64,000 bases of DNA from Chiloscyllium plagiosum. Lineage: Eukaryota. Position numbers and translations under genes: made by a program. The notes under the pieces are model-generated. The model made no database searches, had not been told where the DNA came from, and saw only the letters and a list, made by a program, of their open reading frames with translations. Positions 50,822-61,725 of the stretch are shown here, piece after piece; within the stretch, counting starts at the first letter, position 1, and the number at the start of each line of letters is the position of its first letter. The stretch is taken from assembly GCF_004010195.1 (NCBI RefSeq), contig NC_057719.1, positions 30,894,294 through 30,958,293 on the forward strand, read 5' to 3'.

Positions 50822-52980
50822 CAAACAAAGAACAAAGAAAATTTACAGCCCAGGAACAGGCCCTTCAGCCCTCCAAGCCTGAGCCGATCCAAATATACTG
50901 TCTAAACCTGTCGCCCATTTCCTAAGCATCTGTATCCCTCTGCTCCCCATCTACTCACGCATCAGTACAGACGCATCTTAAATGAATCTACTGTACCTGT
51001 CTCTCCCAACTCTGCTGGCAACACATTCCAGACTCTGTGTGCAGTACTTGCCGCGTGTATCCCCCTTTAACTTTTCACCTCTCACCTTGAAAGCATGACC
51101 TCTCGTTATTGAATCCTTCACCCTGGGAAAAAGCTTGTCTCTATCAACCCTGTCTATACGCTTCATGATTTTGTAAATCTCAATCAGGTCCCCCCTCAAT
51201 CTCCTTTTTTCTAATGAAAACAAACCTAACCTACTCAACCTCTCTTCATAGCTAGCACCTTCCATGCCAGGCAGCATCCTTGTAAACCTTCTCTGCACCC
51301 TCTCCAAAACGTCCACATCCTTTTCGTAATGTGGCGACCAGAACTGTACACAGTATTCTAAATGCAGCCGAATCAAAGTCTTGTCCAATTTTGACATGAT
51401 TTACCAGCTCTTATACTCAATACCCCATCCAATGAAGGCAAGCATACTATATGCCTTCTTGACCACTCTATCCACCTGTGCAGTAACCTTCAGGATACAA
51501 TGGACCTGCACTCCCTGATCTCTCTGTCCATCAACTTTTCCCAAGGCTCTTCCGTTAATTATATAATTCGCTCTAGAATTAGTCTTGCCTAAATGCATCA
51601 CCTCACATTTATCTGGATTGAAATCCATCTGCCACTTTTCCGCCCAACTCTCCAGTCTATCTATATCCTCCTGTATTCTCTGACAGTCCCTTATGCTTTC
51701 TGCTACTCCACCAATCTTTGTGTCATCTGCAAACTTGCTGGTCATACCAACAGTGCCCTCTTCCAGATCATTTATGTATATTACAAACAACAGTAGCACC
51801 ACCACTGACCCCTGTGGAAGACCACTGGTCACCTTTCTCCATTTTGAGAAACTCCCTTCAACTACTACTCTCTGTCTCCTGTTGCTCAACCAGTTCTTTA
51901 TCCACCTAGCTAGAACACCCTGCACACCATGTGGCTTCACTTTCTCCATTAGTCTACCATGGGGAACCTTATCAAACGCCTTACTAAAGTCTATGTATAT
52001 GACATCAATAGCCCTTCCTTCATCTATCAACTTGGTCACTTCCTCGAAGAACTCTATTAAGTTGGTAAGGCACGATCTCCCCCGTACCAAACCATGTTGC
52101 CTATCACTAATAAGCCCATTCTTTTCTAAAGAAAAATAGATCCTATCCCTCAGTACCTTCTCCAGCAACTTTCCCACCACTGACGTCAGGCTCACTGGTC
52201 TGTAGTTACCTGGAACATCCCTACTACCCTTTTTGTACAGGGGGACAACATGAGAACCCTCCAGTCCTCCGGCACCTCGCCTGTATTTAAGGATGCCACA
52301 AAGATATGTCAGGGTCCCAGCTATTTCCTCTCTCGCGTCCCTCAGCAATCTGTCCTGGGGATTTGTCCACCTAAATAACCTCTAGCCTACCCAACACACC
52401 TTCCCTACTTATGTCAATGTGATCAAGACTAATCAAACTTCAATCTCTAATCTCAAGATTCATCATGTTCCTCTCCTAAGTGAACACTGATGCAAAGTAG
52501 ATTAGAGTGGTGCTGGAAAAGCACAGCAGGTACAAGCAAGCACACTGATGTAAAGTAATCATTCAGAATCTCACCCATTCTCTCAGGTTCGACACACAGC
52601 CTTCCTTTATTATCCTTTTGTGGACTAATCCTTTCTCTAGTTACCCGCTTGCTTCTTATATAAGAATAAAATGCTTTGGGATTCTCCTTAATTCTGCTCG
52701 CTAAAGCTATTTCATGACCCCTTTTAGCCCGCTTGATTCCTCGTTTAAGACTTGACCTACTCTTCCGATATTCCTTCAGGACCCATTCTGTTCTTAGCTG
52801 CTCGACCTAATGCACCCTTCTTATTTCTCAGCTCCACCTATAAAGCCTCACTACCCAAGACCTCTATAGTGTCCTCCTTTAGCACAGCCGTGATATCATC
52901 ACTGACCAGCAATGCATCTTGACCCCTCCTTTTACTTCCCTCCCTGTCCTGTCTGAAGCGTCTATATCCTGGAACATTTA
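50822..52980 (-). mobile_element. CR1 (partial endonuclease, linker, RT, 3' end)
   Basis: ORFs 51401-52348 and 50978-51397 share a frame with one premature stop: GNYRPVSLTS, DFSKAFDKVPH, KFADDTK; tail (ttctttg)n. Confidence 0.95.
52500..52541. mobile_element. 42-bp family A pLTR fragment insertion
   Basis: gattagagtggtgctggaaaagcacagcaggt; TSD acactgatgYaaagta at 52484-52499 and 52542-52557. Confidence 0.8.
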
Positions 52981-54112
52981 GTGTTTGTGTGCATGTGGCT
53001 ATGTGGGTGTTGGGGGAGTGGGGTTATGAGTGTCTGTGAGAGAGTGTGTGTCTGTGTGTGAATGTGAGTGTAAAGGGGTAGAAGTCTGTGAGAGGGTGCG
53101 TGTGTGAGTGTGGGAGTGTACGAGAGAGGGTCTGCGCGAGTGTATGGGTCTGTAGGGGTGTGTGTGTGTGTGTCTGTGTGTGTCTGTGTGTGTGTATATA
53201 GTACAATGGGGTCACCTGTGGTGTGACATGAACCCAAGGTCCCGATTGAGGATATCCCCATGGGTACCAAACCTGGCTATCAGAATGTAACCTTTTAAAA
53301 TTTTAGCGATTTACATATGAAAGAACTGAAACCTATATGGTCATTCTAAAAGATGAGAGACTTAATAGACAATAGGTGCAGGAGTAGGTCATTCTGCCCT
53401 TCGAGCCTGCACCACCATTCATTATGATCATGGCTGATCATCCTCAATCAGTATCCTGTTCCTGCCTTATCTCCATAACCCTTGATTCCACTATCCTTGA
53501 GAGCTCTATCCAACTCTTTCTTAAACAAATCCAGAGACTGGGCCTCCACTGCCTTCTGGGGCAGAGCATTCCACACACCCACCACTCTCTGGGTGAAGAA
53601 ATTTCTCCTCATCTCTGTCCTAAATGGCCTACCCCTTATTTTTAAGCTGTGTCCTCTGGTTCGGGACTCACCCATCAGCGGAAATATGTTTCCTGCCTCC
53701 AGAGTGTCCAATCCTTCAATAATGTTATACGTCTCAATCAGATCCCCTCGCAGTCTTCTAAACTCAAGGGTATACAAGCCCAGTCGCTCCAATCTTTCAA
53801 CGTAAGATGGTCCCGCCATTCCAGGAATTGACCTCGTGAACCTACGCTGCACTCCCTCAACAGCCAGAATGTCTTTCCTCAAATTTGGAGATCAGAACTG
53901 CACACAATATTCCAGGTGCGGTCTCACCAGGGACCTGTACAGCTGCAGAAGAACCTCTTTGCTTCTATACTCAATGCCTCTTGTTATGAAGGCCAGCATG
54001 CTATTAGCTTTCTTCACTACCTGCTGTACCTGCATGCTTGCCTTCATTGACTGGTGTACAAGAACACCCAGATCTCTTTGTACTGCCCCTTTACCTAACT
54101 TGACTCCATTTA

Positions 54113-54312
54113 TGATTCAGAGATGCTGGTGTTGGACTGGGGTGTACAAAGTTAAAAATCACACAACACCAGGTTATAGTCCAACAGGTTTAATTGGAAG
54201 CACACTAGCTTTCGGAGCGACGCTCCTTCATCAGGTGACAATCAGGTGAAAGCTAGTGTGCTTCCAATTAAACCTGTTGGACTATAACCTGGTGTTGTGT
54301 GATTTTTAACTC
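54113..54312. mobile_element. PLE pLTR hairpin insertion (family B) inside CR1 RT
   Basis: Near-perfect inverted arms; 12-bp TSD tgactccattta at 54101-54112 and 54313-54324. Confidence 0.93.
54201..54237 (-). ncRNA. Intact minimal hammerhead ribozyme motif (family B pLTR)
   Basis: Minus strand CAC-CUGAUGA-A-GGAGC-GUC-GCUCC-GAA-AGCU-A-GUG: stem I CAC/GUG, stem II GGAGC/GCUCC, palindromic AGCU stem III. Confidence 0.8.
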
Positions 54313-55130
54313 TGACTCCATTTAGGTAGTAATCTGCCTTCCTGTTCTTGCCACCAAAGTGGATAACCATACATTTATCCACATTAAACTGCATCTGCCA
54401 TGCATCTGTCCACTCACCTAACCTGTCCAGGTCACCCTGTAATCTCCTAACATCCTCATCACATTTCACCCTCCCACCCAGCTTTGTATCATCAGCAAAT
54501 TTGCTAATGTTACTATTAATACCATCTTCTATATCATTAATATCTATTGTAAAAAGCTGTGGTCCCAGCACTGATCCCTGCGGTACCCCACTAGTCACCG
54601 CCTGCCATTTCGAAAGGGAGCCGTTTATCACTACTCTTTGTTTCCTGTCAGCCAACCAATTTTCAATCCAAGTCAGTACTTTGCCCCCAATACCATGCAC
54701 CCTAATTTTGCTCACTAACCTCCTATGTGGGACTTTATCAAAGGCTTTCTGAAAGTCCAGGTACACTACATCCACTGAATCTCCCTTGTCCATCTTCAGA
54801 GTTACATCCTCAAAAAATTCCAGAAGATTAGTCAAGCATGATTTCCCCTTCATAAATCCATGCTGACTCTGACCATACTGCCATCCAGATGTGTCGTAAT
54901 TTTATTCTTTATAATTGACTCCAGCATCATTCCCACCACTGAGGTCAACTAACTGGTCTATGATTTCCTGCTTTCTCTCTCGCTCCTTTCTTAAAAAGTG
55001 GTACAACATTAGCCACCCTCCAATCCGCAGGAACTGATCCTGAATCTATCGAACTCTGGAAAATAATCACCAACGGGTCCACGATTTCTAGAGCCACCTC
55101 CTTCAGTACCCTGGGATGTAGACCATCAGG

Positions 55131-55985
55131 CTGATCGTCAGCCCCCTGCAAGTATTGACCGTCCCCACCCTGACCAGAACCAGACTTCAGAAAGTTTCAC
55201 CAACCCCCCGGTCACTTTCAGAACTCTATCAAAAACCTAGAGAGGGCAACAGACTAACTTCTTTGAGAGACATAGGGGGCAGAACAACTGCTGGATATAA
55301 CTAAAGTATTAGTGCAGCCCAAAGCAGGGGGAAGAGGGTTCAAATTTCTGGAATGGGTTTTGCTCCACAAATGCCATAAATGCAGGAAATCCCTCATCTC
55401 CATTTATTGCCCTCCTGTTGCAGTGTGTTCCAGAAGAGGTTGTCACCGCTGTTAGGACCAACAATTTGGGTTGGCCGGGCAACACCCGCCCACACATGAG
55501 AAGGGCACTTATCTGCTACTGGTATAGCATAAAAGACTCTATACAGACTAAGGCCAAATATGAAATTGTACAGCATCCTCCTCGTCAGCCCTATCACAGG
55601 GACTCTGCTCCTGTTATAGACCCTGACTCTCTCAGGTGCCATCATATGGAAGCCCAGTGTCATACCCCAGGGTGGGTCAACAGATGGTGCTATGGGTGTA
55701 CCACTCACCCGAATGGGCCAAGTGCACCTCTGTCACCCATGCCCCTTTTGCTCCCTTTCTGCAACAGTAAGTCACTTCCAAAACCATAGTGGTCTGCCCT
55801 GTTTGGCAACACCAAAGTCAGCTCGGTTGTGCCAGGAATCATTGGCAGCAAAGCAGACCTTCGATTAAGGGAACAGTCCTCCCTTTAGGGAATCTAATCT
55901 AAACAAAAAAAGAAGTAATATCACTGAGACAATTTTGGATCAGTTGTGCCCCCCAGTGGTGGGATGTCAATTTGAGGCCAGAGGA
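55131..55985. other. Unassigned non-CR1 insert abutting the assembly gap
   Basis: CR1 RT stops abruptly at 55130 (PDGL); the next 855 bp match nothing else in the window; 123-aa ORF at 55418-55789 (+). Confidence 0.6.
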
Positions 55986-56414
55986 NNNNNNNNNNNNNNN
56001 NNNNNNNNNNNNNNNNNNNNNNNNNNNNNNNNNNNNNNNNNNNNNNNNNNNNNNNNNNNNNNNNNNNNNNNNNNNNNNNNNNNNNNNNNNNNNNNNNNNN
56101 NNNNNNNNNNNNNNNNNNNNNNNNNNNNNNNNNNNNNNNNNNNNNNNNNNNNNNNNNNNNNNNNNNNNNNNNNNNNNNNNNNNNNNNNNNNNNNNNNNNN
56201 NNNNNNNNNNNNNNNNNNNNNNNNNNNNNNNNNNNNNNNNNNNNNNNNNNNNNNNNNNNNNNNNNNNNNNNNNNNNNNNNNNNNNNNNNNNNNNNNNNNN
56301 NNNNNNNNNNNNNNNNNNNNNNNNNNNNNNNNNNNNNNNNNNNNNNNNNNNNNNNNNNNNNNNNNNNNNNNNNNNNNNNNNNNNNNNNNNNNNNNNNNNN
56401 NNNNNNNNNNNNNN
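55986..56414. other. Assembly gap (429 N)
   Basis: Run of N. Confidence 1.
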
Positions 56415-57336
56415 TATTGCACCATTGAACTTTGGCCAGCTCCTCCCTCAAAGCTCCATAGTTCCCTTTATTCAATAGAAATATTGTTACTTCCGATTAT
56501 ACCCTCTCCCTCTCAAGTTGCAGATTGAAACTTATCGTATTATGGTTACTACTTCCCAATGGCCCCTTCACTTCGAGGTCCCTGATCAATTCTGGTTCGT
56601 TGCACAATACCAGATCTAGAATTGCCTTCTCCCTGGTAGGATCCATGACCAGCTGTTCTAAGAATCCATCTCGAAGGCACTCCACAAAGTCTCTTTCTTG
56701 AGATCCAATACCACCCTAATTCTCCCAGTCTACCTGCATGTTGAAATCCCCCATAACAACTGTAGTAACATCTTTGCGACAGGCCAATTTCAGCTCGTTA
56801 TTCAACTTACACCCTACATCCCTACTACTGTTTGGAGGTCTGTAGATAACTCCCAAGAGGGTCTTTCTACCCTTAGAATTTCTCAGCTCTATCCATACTG
56901 ACTCTACATTCCCTGATTCTAGGTCCCCCCACGCAAGGGACTGAATATCATCCTTTACCAACAGGGCCAACCCACCCCCTCTGCCCGTCAGTCTGTCCTT
57001 ACGATAGCATGTATAGCCTTGAACATTCATTTCCCAGGCCCTGTCCAATTGAAGCCATGTCACAGTTATCCCCACAATATCGTAGCTGCCAATTTCCAAA
57101 AGAGCCTCAAGCTCATCCATCTTATTTCTAATACTTCGTGCATTCATATATAGTATTTTTAATTTGTTACTGCCCTCACCCTTCCTATCAACCCCTATTT
57201 CACTCAACCTTATGGCATGATCCCTTTTTGAGTTTTCTGCTTCATTGACACTGTTGTCTTTCTTGACTTCCCCTGTTCTAACTTTCCCTTCAATTTCCTT
57301 CTTAAACTTCCAGTTTGTCCCTTCCCCCCCCGCTAT

Positions 57337-58263
57337 TTAGTTTAAATGCATTTGTATTGCAGTAGCAAACCTGCCTGCCAGAATGCTGATCCCTAACCTA
57401 TTAAGGTGCAAACCGTCTCTTTTGTATAATTTCTGCTTACCACAAAACATACCCCATTGATCCAAGAATTTAAATCCTTGCTTCCTGCACCTGTTCCCCA
57501 GCCACACATTCAACTCCATTATCTCCCTGTTCCTGGCCTCTCCAGCCCGAGGAACTGGAAGCAAACTGGAGATAACCACTCTGGACGTCCAGCTTTTCAG
57601 CCTTCTTCCTAGTTCTCCGAAGTCCCGCTGTAGTATGTTCCTCCTCTTCTTCCCGACATCATTTGTGCCGACATGTACCACCACCTCTGGCTCTTCACCT
57701 TCGCCCTTGAGGATTTCCTGCACTCTGTCTGTGATGTCCTTAAGCCTGGCACCAGGAAGGCAACACACCATCCTTAAATTCCGCCTGTTGCCACAGAAAC
57801 CCTGTTCAGTTCCTCTCACTATGAAGTCCCCTATCACCACGGCTCTGTGTGATGTCTGACTCCTTGGCTCTGCCTCCACACCAAATTTTGATTGATAGAC
57901 CTGACCGCCTCGTGGACTGGCAGTGTCATCGGTCTCTACTGTTTCCAAAAGATTCAACTTGTTCCTGACAGGTACTTCCCCCGGGGTCTCTTGCACCTGT
58001 CTCCTCTCTGCCTTCCTCATCATCTTCTCTCTTCTGCTCTCTTCTGGTATAGTCGGTGTAATAACCTCGCTGAAGGTCCTGTCCAGAAAAATCTCGTTCG
58101 CTCGGATGAGCCTAAGGTCCTCGAGTTTTTTCTTCAGTGCTGCGATATGCTCTGTCAGTAGCTGAACGTGCACACACTTTCCACAGATATACGAGCCAGA
58201 TACACCAGAGTCGTTGACCTCCCACATCATGCACGTAGCACACTGAACCAGCTGGGCAGTCAT
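57337..58263 (-). CDS. CR1 ORF1p: N-terminal CxxC..CxxC zinc finger, coiled coil, SGNH/GDSL esterase domain (308 aa)
   Basis: CATCMMWE...CGKC; LLTEHIAALKKKLEDL; blocks VVIGDFIVRG, LPGAR, VVVHVGTND, DGLHLN; lies directly upstream of ORF2. Confidence 0.93.
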   Translation of the reverse strand: MTAQLVQCATCMMWEVNDSGVSGSYICGKCVHVQLLTEHIAALKKKLEDLRLIRANEIFLDRTFSEVITPTIPEESRREKMMRKAERRQVQETPGEVPVRNKLNLLETVETDDTASPRGGQVYQSKFGVEAEPRSQTSHRAVVIGDFIVRGTEQGFCGNRRNLRMVCCLPGARLKDITDRVQEILKGEGEEPEVVVHVGTNDVGKKRRNILQRDFGELGRRLKSWTSRVVISSLLPVPRAGEARNREIMELNVWLGNRCRKQGFKFLDQWGMFCGKQKLYKRDGLHLNRLGISILAGRFATAIQMHLN

Positions 58264-59235
58264 GTCTTCACCCTCTTCAACTGTGGCGTAATCACTTCAC
58301 TCAACCTCCTTGTCGAAGACTCCTGAGCTAAAGACTCTCTCTTGTCTCAACAGGAACTTTCCTGGGCTCTCTTTTTGGGGCAAGTCTGTGGACAAACAAT
58401 TCTGGTCTTTTTCAGTATATAATTTCAGTTACATCACACTGTAAACTTTTGCTGTAAATTCTGTCTTACGATCTTATACTCCACAACCATCTGATGAAGG
58501 AGCAACGCTCCAAAAGCTAGTGCTTCTAAATAAACCTGTTGGATTATAACCTGGTGTTGTGCGATTTTTAACTTTGTCTACCCCAGTCCAACATCGGCAT
58601 CTCCGAGTCACGGAAAATAGAGTGTGAGAGTAAGCTTGCAGGGAACATGCAAACTGATTACAAAAACTTCTAGAGGTATGTGAACAGAAAAGGATTAGTT
58701 AAGATAAATGTAGGTTACTTACAGCGAGAAACATGGAAAGTTATAATGAGGAAGAAAAGAAATGTCTGAACAATTAAATTCATAGTTAGGTTCTGTATTC
58801 ACAAAGAAGGACACAAATAATGTCCCAAAAGTATTGGGGAATGCAGTGTTTAGACAGAGGGAGGAACTGAATAAAGTTTAATGTGGATAAATGTGAGGTT
58901 CTCCATTTGGTAATAAAAACAGATTATTATATTAATGGCAATAGATTGGGAATGGGGAAGGTGAAATAAGGCCTGGGTATCCTTATACATCAGTTTCTGA
59001 AAGGCAGCATGCAGGTCTGGCAGATGGTGGAGAAGACAAATTGTATGATGGTTGGTCTTCATAGTGATACAATTTGAGTACACAAGCAGTGATATCTTAG
59101 CATAATTGTAGATATCAAAACATCAAAAAGAAGTTCATACCAACAATACTATTTTGTGAGTAAATGAGATACTTACATGAACTGCATTATGGCACTCTTC
59201 ACAATCTCTTGTTCAGAATATTTTTCAATATTATA

Positions 59236-59945
59236 GAGTCATTGAGTCATATAGCACGAAAACAGATCCTTCGGTCTAACTTGTCCATGCCAACCAAGTT
59301 TCCCAAACTAAACTAATACCATTTTCCTGTGTTTATAAACCTCTATAATGTCACCTCTCAACCTCTTACACTACAGTGATAAAAATCCTAGTCTATCCTG
59401 CCTCTTCATATAACTCAAACCTTTCAGTCCCTGAAACATTCTTGTAAATCTTTTCTGCACCCCCCCTCCAATTTAATAACATGCTTCCTATAGTGGGGGA
59501 CCAGAACTGTACAAAGTACTCCAAAAGTGACCTCACAAATTTCCTGTACAACTGTAACATGACGTCCCAACCCCTGTAAACAATGTTCTGAGCAATGAAT
59601 GTCAAATGCCTTCTTTACCACCCTGTCTACCTGCGATGCAACTTTCAAAGAACTATGTACCTGAAACCCTAGGTCTCTCTGTTCAACAACACTCCTCAGG
59701 GCTCTTCCATTATCTGTATGAGGCCTGTCCTTGTTTTACCAAAATGCAACACTGCACATTAATCCAAATTAAACTCCATCTTTCACTCTTTGGCTCGTTG
59801 GCCCAAATGATCAAGATCTCTTTGTAACCTTAGGTAACTTCCTTCACTGTCCTCTGCAATTTGGTGTCATCTGCAAAATTATTAATCATGCCTCCTAACT
59901 TCTCATCCAAATTGTTTGTATAAATGACAAACAATAGTGGACGCA
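59236..59945 (-). mobile_element. 5'-truncated CR1 with internal deletion
   Basis: FADDTK and VMLQLYRKFVRSLLEYFVQFWSP segments, 3' UTR and tail. Confidence 0.88.
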
Positions 59946-61489
59946 GCGAAGCGGAGAGTAGCAAATCATACAACTGTCACTTACAACCTCAGCATCTTTT
60001 CTTTAATTTTGTAAAATCTTGAACTTTTGTATGAATAAAATCAGTGATTGCATAAGTTAAACTATAGCTTTTGAATATTAGTTTATTCTTTCAATTATGA
60101 GAATAAAATGAATTATTCATTTAATGTGAGACTAGAGGAAAAAAGAGCTGTGTAAGAAAAACACCATGGAGAGATTTTAAATGATACAAGAGAATTTTTA
60201 AAGCCATTTCTTGACTGTATAAGTCAGTGAGCACGAGTGATAGAGGAATGGGACATGCGGTGATTTAGAACATGGTCAGCCAAATTTTGGAAGGGTTCAT
60301 GGTTTCATTGAGTAGAAAATCAACGGATTAATGGAGGAAGATTAAATAGGTACAGAAAATATACAATTTTTGTTTACTTTGCTGAAAAGTCTCCAAAACA
60401 AATTTTCATCCAAGGGGACAAAACTCTGCACTTTTTTTTTTGTTTTCAGAACTAGAGAAATGTCCATCAGTAATTATTGTCTGCCAAGCTATTAAAATAA
60501 ACTTACTTAGATCCTCACCTTTTCATTCATTTCATGCATAATTCACATGCTAAGCATTCCCAAACTCTTACCTTTGCTGTCACTTCAATCTCAAGTCTGC
60601 TGACAAGAACTGAAACAATGCACCCATTATCTAGGGAGGAACTTGCTCTGATAAAAACTATAAATTATCTTTTGGTGAAAAGACGCATAGTAAACCATTG
60701 AATAAGAAAATTAACTAGCTATTCTAGAGTTGCAGGAAGCATTTTTGTGCCATTACTGCTGATACTTGTGTGCTGTAAAGGCCAGGGTGTTCCAACACCT
60801 GACAAATTCCTGACAAAACCATTCCAACAATTCAAGACTCTGTTAAAAAGTTGATAAATTTGACATCTACTGGAAAATAATGGAAACAGCATTAACATGA
60901 AAGAACGGGGAATCAAGATACTGCTGCCATCTACAGTTGTTTTCAAGAAATTTAATTAGGATAAGGTTCAACATTATGATTCCAGTTCTTTGACCCTGAC
61001 CATCAGAGTGTTTTCAAGAACACCATAAAAACTTTAACTCACAGTATTCAATACTTAATTAAGGATCAATAAACACAGTAGACTGGAATTTATGTAGAGA
61101 ATGATGGCGATGCTGTCAGTACTCACTGTTATAATGGAAGAGATCTGATAATGACTTTTGAAGTGCATACATATGCAGTTAAACACAAAAATCCAGTAAT
61201 TTCCGTAAAAAAAAAATCATTTTTCTATATAGGGTACATTGTTTCAGTTCTTGCCAGCAGACTTGGGATTGAAATGATAGCAATGGTACGAATTTGGGAG
61301 TGCTTAGCATGTGAATAATGCATTAAAATGGATGAAAAGATGAGGATCTACGTAAATTTATTTTAATACCATGGCAGACGATAATTACTGATGGACATTT
61401 TCTCTAGTTCTGAAAAAATACATGATAAGTGCAGAGTTTTGTCCCATGAAAATTTGTTTTGGATACTTTTTAGAAAAGTAAAAAAATTG

Positions 61490-61725
61490 AAGGTTCTTCA
61501 TCCAGAGAGTGATGAGCCTGTGCAATATTCTGCTACAGAGAATAGCTGAGACCAAAACATTGAATGTTTTCAAGAATGAGTTACATATAGTTTTTACAGC
61601 TAAAGAGGACAAAGGTTAAGGGTAGAAAACAGGAGCAGGAGTGGGATGATCATCTATGATCATATTGAATGGCTGAGCAGGTTCAAAGCGTTGAATGAGT
61701 TACTGCTGCTTGTATTTTCTATGTT
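61490..61725 (+). mobile_element. Old CR1 3' end
   Basis: FFIQRVMSLCN-like segment and 3' UTR tgatcatattgaatgg... Confidence 0.65.

Larger units (their letters stand above)
53448..57207 (-). pseudogene. CR1 ORF2 (APE endonuclease plus RT), disrupted
   Basis: LYMNARSIRNK, GITVTWL, GVIYRPP, VMGDFN, PTREKAILDLV, GSSNHN; PDGLHPRVLKE, DFQKAFDKVPH, GVPQGSVLGP, KFADDTK. Confidence 0.93.
53366..58391 (-). mobile_element. Near full-length CR1-clade LINE (5' UTR, ORF1, ORF2, 3' UTR), interrupted by insertions and a gap
   Basis: ORF1 at 57337-58263; APE endonuclease at 56497-57207; RT at 53448-55130; PLE host sequence resumes on both sides (gagacttaa | caaacaa). Confidence 0.93.
50351..58611. mobile_element. 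Family B PLE with inverted pLTR arms, expanded to 8.3 kb by two nested CR1s
   Basis: Minus arm at 50351-50821 and 52981-53283 (ends in GIY-YIG C-terminus LIARFGTHGDILNRDLGFMSHHR*, with a GT-rich tract); plus arm at 53283-53365 and 58392-58611; 12-bp TSD. Confidence 0.88.
50095..59110 (+). mobile_element. Old CR1 fragment split in two (50095-50350 and 58612-59110) by the PLE composite
   Basis: Both halves are collinear with the CR1 at ~18290-18740; duplicated ggaaaRtagagt at 50339-50350 and 58612-58623. Confidence 0.85.

Noticed and set aside
52962..53270. His/Thr-rich ORFs
   Set aside because: Translation of the (CA/GT)-rich tract in the PLE 3' UTR
12278..54312. Palindromic 150-200 bp elements as MITEs or CRISPR-like repeats
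   Set aside because: TSDs are long and variable (10-16 bp), arms are asymmetric, and the same sequence caps PLE RT or GIY-YIG coding fragments. There is no regular repeat-spacer array.
55921..56528. ORFs of 152-197 aa spanning the gap
   Set aside because: Artefacts of translating Ns
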